Below, in pieces: positions 34,528-44,524 of a stretch of 64,000 nucleotides of DNA. The notes beneath the pieces were generated by a model that was given only the letters and a program-made list of their open reading frames with translations, did not search any database and had not been told where the DNA came from. The position numbers were made by a program, and so were the translations under genes. The number at the start of each line of letters is the position of its first letter. The stretch's first letter is position 1. Origin of the DNA: a virus (lineage: Duplodnaviria > Caudoviricetes); the IMG/VR virus record IMGVR_UViG_3300037067_001739, positions 32,001 through 96,000 of that record. One strand, written 5' to 3'.

Positions 34528-34902
34528 TTAGTCCTCCGTTAGACCGAAAGCACTAGCAATATCTCTGCTGTGTTCAGTATCGAAAACGACCTTTACTTCA
34601 GCTATTCTGCCCTCTTTGTTGCGCTTGATTAGCACAGGATACGTGCCATCACCCCAACCTGTGGAGACTGTGACACCAAGTCCTGCGTGACCAAGCTTGT
34701 ACTCCCATTGAGCGTAATCCTTTTTCGTGTTGCCGTTTTTGTCGAGTCCTTCTTTTTCCCACAGCTTGTCACAAAACTCAGACCACGTTTTCGCTGGCTT
34801 TTCGCTTGCATCATCACCGATTATATAGCAAGGGTCACCGAGCCAGCATAGACCTGCGTCTACTCCGATTACTCCGATTTCTTCCCATTTTTCTTTATTC
34901 AT
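34528..34902 (-). CDS. DUF4241-like protein
   Basis: GVDAGLCWLGDPCY..STGWGDGTYPV. Confidence 0.6.
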   Translation of the reverse strand: MNKEKWEEIGVIGVDAGLCWLGDPCYIIGDDASEKPAKTWSEFCDKLWEKEGLDKNGNTKKDYAQWEYKLGHAGLGVTVSTGWGDGTYPVLIKRNKEGRIAEVKVVFDTEHSRDIASAFGLTED

Positions 34903-35282
34903 TCTATTGTCTCCCTATTCGTATAACATATAAATCTCATGTGACAATCATCGCAGTCAGGGTCACATGAGTCTGGTTTCTCATCTGTAATACCCTCATC
35001 GTCATATCCGCCACGTTCACCCCACATTATAGCATCTGGATTGACACCAATCTTCTCCATGAGTTTACCCATATCGAAGTTATCCATAAAAGTTTCGCCA
35101 TAGAGAACACCCTTGCGAACCTCAATATCCCAAGCTTCTTGGTCATAGTATTCTATACCAAGCTTCTTGCCCCACTTACGGTAGTTTATGATTTTGCAAA
35201 GCTGTTCAAGTGATAGTCTCCGTAGCGATATGGCAAATGAAGCACTACTACTATTACTAACGAAACCAATCCGTATCTTCAT
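34899..35282 (-). CDS. SNSSS-family protein 2 with Cys motif
   Basis: MKIRIGFVSNSSSASF; CDDCHMRFICYT. Confidence 0.8.
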   Translation of the reverse strand: MKIRIGFVSNSSSASFAISLRRLSLEQLCKIINYRKWGKKLGIEYYDQEAWDIEVRKGVLYGETFMDNFDMGKLMEKIGVNPDAIMWGERGGYDDEGITDEKPDSCDPDCDDCHMRFICYTNRETIE

Positions 35283-35761
35283 TCCCATACCTCGACTGGA
35301 AGCCTACCACACCATTCACCCTTACGCATATCTGCTTCTGTCTGACAACTGCAACCCTCTCCCCAATCGGCTATGCGAAAGCAATATGCTACCATTCCTT
35401 TGTTAGCTTTGAGGAATTTCTCCGCCATTTCCAGTGACCACGTAGTGTATTCATCATCCTCGTATTCTTCCATATCATCATCGCTTCTCCAGCCACCACT
35501 ACGTATCAACCTTGCAAGTTCCTCTAAAGCACCCCCACCTGTGTAACAACGAAAACGTTCCTTACACTCTGCACAATTAGTGTGCGGCGGGACACACAGA
35601 TAAAGACCTTTCTGCTCTTTCATCCATTCGAGTAGTAGTTTAGCTTGGTCTCTATTGCCTATGAACTTCTGCACATCGGCAAGCCTTTCTGGTCGCTTAT
35701 CCCACGCAACGAGAAAGCTGGTCGAACTGCTGTTGCTCACAAAACCATTTCGTATCTTCAT
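35279..35761 (-). CDS. SNSSS-family protein 1 with Cys motif
   Basis: MKIRNGFVSNSSSTSF; CAECKERFRCYT. Confidence 0.8.
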   Translation of the reverse strand: MKIRNGFVSNSSSTSFLVAWDKRPERLADVQKFIGNRDQAKLLLEWMKEQKGLYLCVPPHTNCAECKERFRCYTGGGALEELARLIRSGGWRSDDDMEEYEDDEYTTWSLEMAEKFLKANKGMVAYCFRIADWGEGCSCQTEADMRKGEWCGRLPVEVWE

Positions 35762-35930
35762 TAACGCAACCTGTGTGATTCCACCACTTTACTACAGTTG
35801 GGGCAGATGTAAGTCACCACATCTGCACCACGCCAATCTTCCTCTATCCCTAATTCCTCTACTTCTAATTCGTCAACTCGTGTAGAGCAGTTGGGGCATT
35901 CAAGGTAGACTGGAAATTCATAATCTGTTT

Positions 35931-36986
35931 TCATTTTGCTATTACTTCTACAGAATGTTCACTTACTGGTTCATCAAGTTTAAGATTGTAAATCGGGCAC
36001 ATCCTGCAATCGTTACAATCCTTATTTCCCATGACACGAGTGCGGAATTTTTTTGTCTCCTCTGCATTCCACACGTCACGAAGGAAATCATCGCATCCAA
36101 CTACATCCACTCCTCTATATTCTGGAGTTCCTTCCGAAAAACTGCAAGGAAACCCTATACCATCAACATTGATGTAGTAAGAAAACAGCGTTGATTCGCA
36201 AGGTTCTGACATAGTTTTGTAAAGCTTAAAGTTCTTGTCACCCTCAACCGCTTTAAGAAAGTTGGAAGCGGTACAGCTATCGAACCCAAACTTGCCACCA
36301 GTTTCCATTGCAGTCTCAATGAGGTCTTTGAATTTACCCATAGACCCAAGCTGGTGTAGTTCGTTACGTTCCCCCTTTGGTTTCAGCCACAGGAAAACAA
36401 TAGCGTTCAGATTTGCGAGACGAGGGTCAATCACTCTATCCAGATTCGCTGTATAGCACTTCATGTACGTCTCTTTTGAAAGGAGAGAGTGTATGTTTAC
36501 CTGCTTCATTCCTCTATCTGTTAATTCTTTAACAGCATTGTAACAGGTGTCCTTATCATACAAGGAGACGGCGACTGCACCACAGGTTTTTACCAATCTG
36601 TCATACAGCGCATCCGTCATACGTTCACCATTGATGGTGACATTGGGGATTACTCCGTTCTCACGGCAGTAGTCCATGATTTTCCACATATCAGGATTGC
36701 CGTCAATATCACCGATACCGAAAGCAATCTGAGTTAAATGCTTGGGAAACTTATCGAACATGGTCTTAAATGTATCGAAACTCATGTTCTTGCCACACCG
36801 TCTGTTAGATTTATAACACCAAGGGCATTCCCTTGAACAGACAGTGCTGATTTCAATGTCCAGAATCTCAGGTCCGAATGGAGAGTATTCGGGGTCGTCA
36901 TTTTCATCCTTACCCCAACGGGCAAAGAATCCATTCCTCATGTCAAATACGAAATTGTAATTTGGTGACCTAAATTCTTTATACAT
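35931..36986 (-). CDS. radical SAM enzyme with SPASM/twitch-like C-terminus
   Basis: CSRECPWC (CxxxCxxC); CESTLFSYYINVDGIGFPCSF..CNDCRMC. Confidence 0.9.
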   Translation of the reverse strand: MYKEFRSPNYNFVFDMRNGFFARWGKDENDDPEYSPFGPEILDIEISTVCSRECPWCYKSNRRCGKNMSFDTFKTMFDKFPKHLTQIAFGIGDIDGNPDMWKIMDYCRENGVIPNVTINGERMTDALYDRLVKTCGAVAVSLYDKDTCYNAVKELTDRGMKQVNIHSLLSKETYMKCYTANLDRVIDPRLANLNAIVFLWLKPKGERNELHQLGSMGKFKDLIETAMETGGKFGFDSCTASNFLKAVEGDKNFKLYKTMSEPCESTLFSYYINVDGIGFPCSFSEGTPEYRGVDVVGCDDFLRDVWNAEETKKFRTRVMGNKDCNDCRMCPIYNLKLDEPVSEHSVEVIAK

Positions 36987-36988
36987 TC

Positions 36989-37303
36989 TTACCTCTGCGT
37001 ATAGCAATAAAATCTATAATTACAGGACACACAATATTGTTCCCGCAACGTTCCTAATTTCCTTGTGCATCTACCAAAATGACAACGAGAACACCACAGC
37101 TTACCAAACTTGCCGAAGTCAATCAGGTACTTGTGGACTTTTCCCTTTGTTACATGTTTCTCAAGAACCCCAATCGTATCTGACGGTACTCCTACCAAGG
37201 CTCTACCATAAAAACTTTTTGGTACTTTAATGGAGTAGAAAACTCTTACAGCATCACCAGCGACTACGCCATAGTGATACGAGTGTTCTCTAAGCCTAGT
37301 CAT
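36989..37303 (-). CDS. Cys-motif protein
   Basis: C-terminal CVSCNYRFYCYT. Confidence 0.72.
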   Translation of the reverse strand: MTRLREHSYHYGVVAGDAVRVFYSIKVPKSFYGRALVGVPSDTIGVLEKHVTKGKVHKYLIDFGKFGKLWCSRCHFGRCTRKLGTLREQYCVSCNYRFYCYTQR

Positions 37304-37544
37304 AGTGAAATGCTCTGTACTCGCTTAACTGCTTCTCGATGTCCATGTTAAGGGAGTAGACTTCCATGACTCTCTGCATATTCGTACCATCGAATTTGGA
37401 TTCGACTTCACGGACATTCTCACTCTCGGAAACAAAGACAGGGTAATCTTCGTAGTCAAACGTATCGCACACAACAAGCATGTGCGTGGCATTTTCTTGT
37501 TTCGCTCTTTCTAACCAGCTTCTAATCTTGTCTTTTGTAGTCAT
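37296..37544 (-). CDS. hypothetical protein
   Basis: ATHMLVVCDTFDYEDYPVFV..MQRVMEVYSL; SD GAGG. Confidence 0.7.
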   Translation of the reverse strand: MTTKDKIRSWLERAKQENATHMLVVCDTFDYEDYPVFVSESENVREVESKFDGTNMQRVMEVYSLNMDIEKQLSEYRAFHYD

Positions 37545-37563
37545 ACTTCCTCACTCTCATACT

Positions 37564-37592
37564 ATTCTAGCACATGCCTTGATGAGAGTCAA
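37564..37592 (-). promoter_or_regulatory. sigma70-type promoter heading the radical SAM / SNSSS unit
   Basis: TTGACT-17 (GGCATGTGC)-TAGAAT. Confidence 0.78.
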
Positions 37593-37605
37593 GCCTGGAT
37601 TCAGG

Positions 37606-37983
37606 CTATGTGTGACGGAACTTCTTTTCCGTGTAACACTGGAATCTATCATAACAATCATCGCATGACTTTACCTTGAAAGTAGCTTTCAAGAACTCAA
37701 AACACTCATCATCCCCATTCTCTGCCCTTTTTGCAATGAACTCAAGCATTCTTGGGGAAGCACAGATAACGTCAGCATTGGCTTGGTCTTCCACTTCGCA
37801 ATTCAGACCATGCGTGTAACCTATGCTATTACCCTCTGTATGGAGGGTGGCTATGGACAAGTCCTCATCTTCATCGTGCGTCTTAGACCCACGAATACAA
37901 ATGTCTTTACAGCCATTATCATCTGATGGATACCAGTCACCTTGTGTGTACCTCGGTAACCTGATTATCTTTCTGTCAGACAT
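37606..37983 (-). CDS. Cys-motif protein
   Basis: CDDCYDRFQCYT. Confidence 0.72.
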   Translation of the reverse strand: MSDRKIIRLPRYTQGDWYPSDDNGCKDICIRGSKTHDEDEDLSIATLHTEGNSIGYTHGLNCEVEDQANADVICASPRMLEFIAKRAENGDDECFEFLKATFKVKSCDDCYDRFQCYTEKKFRHT

Positions 37984-38249
37984 AGAAACCTATCCTTACA
38001 ATGGTTACATAACTCACGGAAGCCGAAACTTTTACAAGTTTGCATGAACGTCTCGATTCTGTAGTCGTCCATAAGAGCCATTATCTTCTCTACCTGAGCG
38101 TCAATCATTTTGACGCTAGTGTCAATTTCAATGGTATGATTATGCCCAACGCTCAAGTCTACTTTCTGACAGGCATCTTCAATAACCTCGTATATCTTGT
38201 CAGAATACTTGTCGTAGCATTCTTCTGGTGTTTTTAACTGCCTGTCCAA
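37965..38249 (-). CDS. Cys-motif protein
   Basis: CNHCKDRFLCLT. Confidence 0.72.
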   Translation of the reverse strand: MDRQLKTPEECYDKYSDKIYEVIEDACQKVDLSVGHNHTIEIDTSVKMIDAQVEKIMALMDDYRIETFMQTCKSFGFRELCNHCKDRFLCLTER

Positions 38250-38962
38250 CTTCTTACACCCTCGATGTAAGTCCTACCCTCAACAATAAAGTCCTCAAGG
38301 TCGTGGTCATTGAGCCACTTCTTGATACGGTCAACTCTACCTTTTCTGGTAGTCTCACGTACCACCGTTATCTGGTCACTGAGTTGTGGATTGGTAGCAA
38401 GTTCCTCAAAACTCTGCCGCACCACTCCAAGGTAGTTGAAGTTTTTCTCGCACCACTTTGCAGGAATACCCTCTCTCCAACGTTCCTCAATTCGCTCTAT
38501 ATTCCAATCCATAGGCGGAAGAAGAACAATGAACCTTTCTGGTTTTGGTGTCAAGGACATGGTGTACTGGTATTCCGCATTGTCAAAAATGCCCTTACGA
38601 TATTCAGGTGCTAACCAACCCATTTCAACACACGTATTCACGTATGCCATATCATCAAGGAAACACCTGTCACCAATGACAACAGATTTAGGTGATTGGG
38701 TCATTGCGTATGCCAAGTTCTCTCTGTGCTCTACGCAATGCAGAGCGTTTCGCCAGACCTGACGGCTGACGTTATCGGTAAGACCTTCCATGTGGGCAAT
38801 CTGCTCCTTGACTCTCCCCATATCGAACTGCTTCAAGTCCTCAATCAGAGTAGATTTTCCCACGCCATGAGGTCCACACAGATACACGACCTGCTTGTTG
38901 GCTTCTTTCGCTTTCTCAGTTGTAAAGTCAAATACTACTGGCGGGTTGTATTCACATGTCAT
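38234..38962 (-). CDS. P-loop nucleotide kinase (dNMP/thymidylate kinase-like)
   Basis: GPHGVGKST, VIGDRCFLD. Confidence 0.78.
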   Translation of the reverse strand: MTCEYNPPVVFDFTTEKAKEANKQVVYLCGPHGVGKSTLIEDLKQFDMGRVKEQIAHMEGLTDNVSRQVWRNALHCVEHRENLAYAMTQSPKSVVIGDRCFLDDMAYVNTCVEMGWLAPEYRKGIFDNAEYQYTMSLTPKPERFIVLLPPMDWNIERIEERWREGIPAKWCEKNFNYLGVVRQSFEELATNPQLSDQITVVRETTRKGRVDRIKKWLNDHDLEDFIVEGRTYIEGVRSWTGS

Positions 38963-39297
38963 TTTTCTACCACCTCACTAAAGTTAAGTTTGGCGTGCCC
39001 TCTCCCATCTTTATCCTTAGAGTAGACAACACCACTTGCGAGTATATCCTCTGCAAGCTTCTTAACAATATCTTTTACGGTAACATTCCTAAGAGTACGT
39101 TTACGTAATTCGGAAATAGGAATTTCAATGTACTCTCGGTCAGTAAAGCACCTAAACCTTAGCTTACAATTGCCGCAGACATCATCTATGTTTGTCCTAC
39201 CAAAGCAATGAAAGTCTTTATAGTGCTCAATTTCACGGTCTCGCTCTTTACCACTGCCGAGAACTCGTATTATTCTTTCGTTATCGTTATTTTCCAT
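38959..39297 (-). CDS. Cys-motif protein
   Basis: CGNCKLRFRCFT. Confidence 0.72.
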   Translation of the reverse strand: MENNDNERIIRVLGSGKERDREIEHYKDFHCFGRTNIDDVCGNCKLRFRCFTDREYIEIPISELRKRTLRNVTVKDIVKKLAEDILASGVVYSKDKDGRGHAKLNFSEVVEK

Positions 39298-39298
39298 C

Positions 39299-40042
39299 TT
39301 ATTCTTCGTAACAATAAAATTTTTGTTTGCAATTCTTACACTTGCTATCGTCTTTCCACCATGCTTCACAGACAGCTTTGAAGCTATTCATTTCTGCCAG
39401 TATGGGTTGGATATTGGCATCTTTCTTTACAGGAGTTGCGATAGCCAAGGTCAACTGCTTGTCAACATGCTTATGGGACAAAGCTTTGGTGACCACTTCT
39501 TTGATTTTATCCCGAATCTCTTTGCCTCTCGGAGTATTTTTTCCTCCGCTATGAGCAATTGCCGCTGGATGATAGGTGATGATTACGTCATATTTGCCCC
39601 TGAAAGTAAAGCCAGTTCCAACAATATCTTTCATTGCAACTGACTTCTCACCCCCAAGAGCTATGTACGGAACTTTGCCCATACAGACAATAATGCTTGG
39701 GTCAAGATTCTCAATCTCGGTTATCAATCTCTCATTACACCATTTGATTTCTGCGTCTGTCGGTGTACGATTGTATGTCTTGCCTTCGACCACCTTAGTA
39801 GGTCTACAAGTAACAGCGTTGATGTAATTCCCATCGTCTCTAGTGCCACCACATTCCTCAACGATTTCGTTAAAGTCCTGCCCTGCAACACCAACCAACG
39901 GTTTGCCATCCTGAGCTTCATGATAGCCTGGAGCTTCGGCAAGATAGAGAATCTTGGAACTTTCGTGCAACTCCGATGGAACAAATACCGCTTTGACTAG
40001 CGTACACTCGTCACATTTTCCATTAGGTGCTTTACTTGTCAT
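39299..40042 (-). CDS. uracil-DNA glycosylase family 4, with C-terminal Cys motif
   Basis: AEAPGYHE..GKPLVG, NAVTCRP..NRTPT, TYHPAA; CKNCKQKFYCY. Confidence 0.88.
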   Translation of the reverse strand: MTSKAPNGKCDECTLVKAVFVPSELHESSKILYLAEAPGYHEAQDGKPLVGVAGQDFNEIVEECGGTRDDGNYINAVTCRPTKVVEGKTYNRTPTDAEIKWCNERLITEIENLDPSIIVCMGKVPYIALGGEKSVAMKDIVGTGFTFRGKYDVIITYHPAAIAHSGGKNTPRGKEIRDKIKEVVTKALSHKHVDKQLTLAIATPVKKDANIQPILAEMNSFKAVCEAWWKDDSKCKNCKQKFYCYEE

Positions 40043-40470
40043 TTCTTACCCTTGATTATATCTTGGAAGTATTTCTGTAGGTCTTTTATACCTTTCTGAG
40101 CCTCGTCAAGACCAACCTGCTTCCATTCAGGTGTGTGGCTGTCCCATTTTATTATCTTGGGGATAGACTTGTCGTAATATTCATCGTTCCAATCTCTGCG
40201 TTTCTTATAAATATCTCGTTCCAAGTCCCACTGGTGTTTTTCCATCTGGTCACGCATAGCCGCTTGCATGATAGCACGTTCAAGAATTTCCTTAACCTCT
40301 TGAATTGCTTCCTTGTGTGGCAATCCCTCAGCTACGTAAGCTTCGTATAAAGCTTGCTGTGTCGGGTCACTAAAGACACGTTTAGTTGTCCAGCAAACAA
40401 AACGCCGCTCGCAACCGTCACAGATACACTCCCCTTTATGACATTTTTCGAGTATCTCGTTATCCTTCAT
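40039..40470 (-). CDS. Cys-motif protein
   Basis: CDGCERRFVCWT. Confidence 0.72.
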   Translation of the reverse strand: MKDNEILEKCHKGECICDGCERRFVCWTTKRVFSDPTQQALYEAYVAEGLPHKEAIQEVKEILERAIMQAAMRDQMEKHQWDLERDIYKKRRDWNDEYYDKSIPKIIKWDSHTPEWKQVGLDEAQKGIKDLQKYFQDIIKGKK

Positions 40471-40741
40471 TTTTCACCCGCATAACTAATTTAGTAGTGC
40501 CGAAGGAAGGATGTTCATTGACTTCGTAATTGACCCTTCCCTCTCCGAACATGTACAGTGCCAAACTCTTTAGGTCACCTATTTTGTGCTTCTTGATAAC
40601 GTCAAGAGGAATCATTATCTCATTTCTTTCAGATAAACACATAAAGCGTAATCTGCAACCATCGCACAGATGCTTGTGGCGACCTCGACAATCGAATCCT
40701 CTAAAGTCACTCTTGCCCTCTAATCTAATCGTGACTACCAT
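40460..40741 (-). CDS. Cys-motif protein
   Basis: CDGCRLRFMCLS. Confidence 0.72.
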   Translation of the reverse strand: MVVTIRLEGKSDFRGFDCRGRHKHLCDGCRLRFMCLSERNEIMIPLDVIKKHKIGDLKSLALYMFGEGRVNYEVNEHPSFGTTKLVMRVKNEG

Positions 40742-40900
40742 TTGATGATTCCCTTACCACGTAGGAAATTACTATCGGGGGAATGTGTCTCAAGATGGCA
40801 TGGAAAATGAGGAACGTCTACAGCATAGATGCACTTCCTCTTAAAGATTCCTAGTATTCTCGGCATTGCAGAGCAACGCTCTTTATGACAATGAATGCAC

Positions 40901-41896
40901 TTATTTTCCATTCTCCCAAATTCCTATCGGTTTTCTGTCTCCTAATATTCTACCCCTTGGCGTCCTCTTGATGAAACCGTGTGTTAATAAATAGGGTTCT
41001 ATAGTTTCTTCAAGTGTAATTCTATCTAAACCAGTCATGGCTGAAAGATTCTGCACACCAACTGGTTTATCTGACAGACAGCTTAGATACGCTCTATCTG
41101 CGTTATCCAAACCGTCAGGGTCAATCTTCATTTCTGCGAACCATTGCTCAAGTAACTCAGGAGTCACTTTGCCATCGTTCAAAATTAACCTATCGTAAAC
41201 TCTCTTGAATAAGAACAATCCAATTCTGGCAACTGTCTTACCACGTCTCGCTACTGCGTAACTTACATAGTCAGGACAATCGTACTTCAGATTCTTAGCC
41301 GCACTCTTAACCATAACCTGTAGTTCATCCACAGTGTAGGGTTGTAGTACCAGCGAAACGAAACGGGAACGAAGAGGTCCACTCAGACTACCTGCCGTTG
41401 TAGTAGCTCCAAGTATTGTTTGCGTGCCTCTATCCATTATAGTAAGCAACCATTCTTCATCCCGAATTGTATGGATTTCATCTACGACCACAACTTGAGA
41501 TTTCGGGAAATCTTTCTCATCCCGAATGTTTACGGCAGTAGTGTACTGGTTGTCTCCAATCATACCCGCAAAAATGCGAGCAAGAGTTGTCTTACCTAAA
41601 CCAAAACTACCACTGAAAAGCACGTGCTGTACTGGAATTCCGTGTACCTTGGTGGCTTTCAGGATAGTGTTTAATTCCTGTTTAATGGGTTCTTGCCCGA
41701 TAAAACTCTTGAAGTCATGCGGGCTAATGAGGTCATTCCAACCTCTTTTGCCACGTTTATTTTCGTTGCGCTTCTCTTTTCTTTCCTGCTTTTTTATACA
41801 TTCCTCACAAATGAAATGGTCTACGTCTATCTGACGTAGTTTTCCGCCGCTACCACACAGGTAGCACTTATCGAATATATCAAACCAATTCTTCAT
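40901..41896 (-). CDS. ruvB: RuvB-like branch migration ATPase with N-terminal zinc finger
   Basis: GLGKTTLA, VDEIH, GATT..LSGPLRSRF, IEPYLL..RTPRGR. Confidence 0.85.
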   Translation of the reverse strand: MKNWFDIFDKCYLCGSGGKLRQIDVDHFICEECIKKQERKEKRNENKRGKRGWNDLISPHDFKSFIGQEPIKQELNTILKATKVHGIPVQHVLFSGSFGLGKTTLARIFAGMIGDNQYTTAVNIRDEKDFPKSQVVVVDEIHTIRDEEWLLTIMDRGTQTILGATTTAGSLSGPLRSRFVSLVLQPYTVDELQVMVKSAAKNLKYDCPDYVSYAVARRGKTVARIGLFLFKRVYDRLILNDGKVTPELLEQWFAEMKIDPDGLDNADRAYLSCLSDKPVGVQNLSAMTGLDRITLEETIEPYLLTHGFIKRTPRGRILGDRKPIGIWENGK

Positions 41897-42227
41897 ATCT
41901 TCCTCAAATGTGGGGGGCTACCAAGGGGAGAATGACCTGACCAACTCTTAGTAGCCCCCATCCAATACTAGCGTTTGCTGATTCTACAGCGTCTATAGAG
42001 GAAACTTTCTTTTCACCATTTCCACCTACTCAAGTTTAGTAACAATTTAACAACTAATCCTATTAAGTTCTTGGTGACCATTCACCAAATGTGTAACCAA
42101 CTCATAATCTTAATTAAAAAATAATTAAGGTATCTTTGCGTGACATTCACCAAAGACTGCATCTAAGTAACAATAAAAAATTTTATACTTTACGTTTTCA
42201 GGTCATTCTTTCACCCCTTTCAAGAGA

Positions 42228-42256
42228 ATTATAGCACGAGCCAATGTTATAGTCAA
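42228..42256 (-). promoter_or_regulatory. sigma70-type promoter
   Basis: TTGACT-17 (GGCTCGTGC)-TATAAT. Confidence 0.82.
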
Positions 42257-42270
42257 GCCTAGTAATCGGC

Positions 42271-42651
42271 TTATTTTTCCTTATGCCACCCCAAATCTTT
42301 TAGACCAAACTCATCAATGACTTTATTAGCCTCTGGTTTACCCCACCCTCTAGCTATTGCGCCGAGTGCTAGAGATATTATGTTATGGGAATATGGTTTT
42401 ATGTCAACATATGCAATCTCTTTTAAGATAGACTGCTTCCACCCACCAAGACACTTTCCAGTATCTTTAGTTACCTCTTTACTTTTATGCCCTTTGCGTG
42501 TCGTAAAGCATACGAATCTTTCAGGACAATCCTCACACTCAGGGTATGCCATAGGTTTCGGTACAGAGGTCTGGTTTTCAGCCTCCATCATGAGGTATTC
42601 GTCTCTAGCTTCTAGTGCCGCTTCTGCACGTGGGTCTATTCTTTTGGTCAT
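42271..42651 (-). CDS. Cys-motif protein
   Basis: CEDCPERFVCFT. Confidence 0.72.
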   Translation of the reverse strand: MTKRIDPRAEAALEARDEYLMMEAENQTSVPKPMAYPECEDCPERFVCFTTRKGHKSKEVTKDTGKCLGGWKQSILKEIAYVDIKPYSHNIISLALGAIARGWGKPEANKVIDEFGLKDLGWHKEK

Positions 42652-43019
42652 TGTCTTACACTCGGTACTTTCAATGGAACATACCTCATATACTTTGGCA
42701 TCTCATAATTAGGGAGCACCCGTGTTCTGTCCTCAACAGTAATGAAGTGTTCCTCTTTGGTTATCTCTCGGAAAGTCATTTCAATCAAATCCGCCCTGCA
42801 AACCTTCTTTGTCCATTCCGAATGCCAGAGGTCAAGCAGTTTATTTCCAGCAATCTGCGTTAGAGACGCATCATAAATTTCCTCGGCTGTCAGAACGAAC
42901 AAGTCTCCCTCAGTAAAACATTTGAAGCGGAAGATGCACAAACGGCAAGACTTGGCGAGACAATAGATTGTCTTGATACCTGTTCCATTTGTCTCAACTA
43001 ATGTTACCTGTCTTACCAT
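42648..43019 (-). CDS. Cys-motif protein
   Basis: CRLCIFRFKCFT. Confidence 0.72.
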   Translation of the reverse strand: MVRQVTLVETNGTGIKTIYCLAKSCRLCIFRFKCFTEGDLFVLTAEEIYDASLTQIAGNKLLDLWHSEWTKKVCRADLIEMTFREITKEEHFITVEDRTRVLPNYEMPKYMRYVPLKVPSVRQ

Positions 43020-43719
43020 TTTTATCCAGCCACCTTGCAAAGATTAACTTTTGGTTTCCCTTGCCCCACTCTTTGTTCAACCACTTAGCATGGTCACCAG
43101 AGCGTCTACAAGTAATTCCCTGTGTCATTCCAAGGTAATCCCAATTATCTGCCTTGTAAATCGCACCGTCTCTAGGTGGTTCGACAAAAGTGACCAACCC
43201 GACCAACGGTAAATCATATTTAGTTTCATAGTCCTTCTTCACAGTCTGGCGAAACAATTTCAACGTTTTCGTTCCTAGATTTTTAATGTCATGCTTTATG
43301 AGATTGTAAACGTTGTTATTCATCCAGTTATCTTCTGTAAAGCCAGGAAAATACTCGGTGAATTTTTTGTAGTGAATCGGTGGAGAGTTAGCTCCCACAA
43401 TTCCTGCCACTTCTCCCTTGTACCAAACCAAGTAATGACATTGCCGACCAAGCACTCCCTTACTCTTAGGATAGTGCGTGAGAAACAGGTTTGCGTATAC
43501 TGGATTGCTTTTCTTGACAAGTTCTAACTCCAAATCCGCATCCCAAGTCTCATGTACTGGCATTACAAGATTCGGGGTCATTGTCATTCCACCATGTCCA
43601 TGACTACGATGTGGTTTGGCATCCCAACAAGAACGGCAGTAATACTTTCCCCAAGTCTCGATTACTGTGCCTTGAACACCGCAGACCGAACAGATTTTAT
43701 CTTTATAAACTTTTCCCAT
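42994..43719 (-). CDS. Mom/DUF4338-like GNAT-fold putative DNA-modification protein
   Basis: THY..GRQCHYLVW, LVTFVE..GAIYKADNWDYLGMTQG. Confidence 0.6.
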   Translation of the reverse strand: MGKVYKDKICSVCGVQGTVIETWGKYYCRSCWDAKPHRSHGHGGMTMTPNLVMPVHETWDADLELELVKKSNPVYANLFLTHYPKSKGVLGRQCHYLVWYKGEVAGIVGANSPPIHYKKFTEYFPGFTEDNWMNNNVYNLIKHDIKNLGTKTLKLFRQTVKKDYETKYDLPLVGLVTFVEPPRDGAIYKADNWDYLGMTQGITCRRSGDHAKWLNKEWGKGNQKLIFARWLDKNGKTGNIS

Positions 43720-43960
43720 GAGTTATATACCTAAAAAGTTCCTTGTAATATCGAAATCCTCGCCAGTTTCCATGTCTTACGTGCAGTTCTGCTACAGTAT
43801 TATCTGGAATGTAAAACAAGGACAAGTCCTCAAGTTCGGCTGGACTTACCTCTGGTTCTCTGTCTGTAAAACACCTAAACCTGAAATGACAGTCAGTACA
43901 ATGCTCTGCCTCGCACTCAAGAGGTGCATACATTGTATCTTTTAGCTTAATGCTTACCAC
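43703..43960 (-). CDS. Cys-motif protein
   Basis: CTDCHFRFRCFT. Confidence 0.72.
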   Translation of the reverse strand: MVSIKLKDTMYAPLECEAEHCTDCHFRFRCFTDREPEVSPAELEDLSLFYIPDNTVAELHVRHGNWRGFRYYKELFRYITHGKSL

Positions 43961-44524
43961 TCTACTGCAACTTTGGCTTTCTTTAAGACTGCCATGACTC
44001 GTTCCATTTCGGGTGCAACGGACTTTTCATCCCAAACAGGATAATCTTCGCCGTCACCCCGTTCCGTGTAACGAGATGTGGAGATGATTGTGTTGACGAT
44101 GGTGTCCAAATCTCCCGCCATATATGCTTTCTTATCTCCGTAACCCTTGTTGCTTTCATTCTCCAAGCACAGTCTCCACACGATGTGCCTGACAAATGCT
44201 GTCATGTTATAACGGAGGGCGGAATCGTGAGCATCTAACACATTCTCCAATTTGTCCAGTAAATCTTTACTTGCTTCTGACAGACTTACGAGTTCGCTTC
44301 TTTTCACCATCTGGTTTGCCATCCTTATCTGTGCGTGGTAGATTCCATATACTCCCGAATGGTTTATTTACTTCAAGATAGCGGATGAAATGCCCCCAAT
44401 CGGTAGTATCTTCTCCCCAACCCATGAATTTCTTGAGGTCATTCTTTGCCTTGGTATAATCGTCATAGATACCAAGGATTTCGCCACCCTGAGACATTGT
44501 TATGTTATGTGCTACGTACATTTT

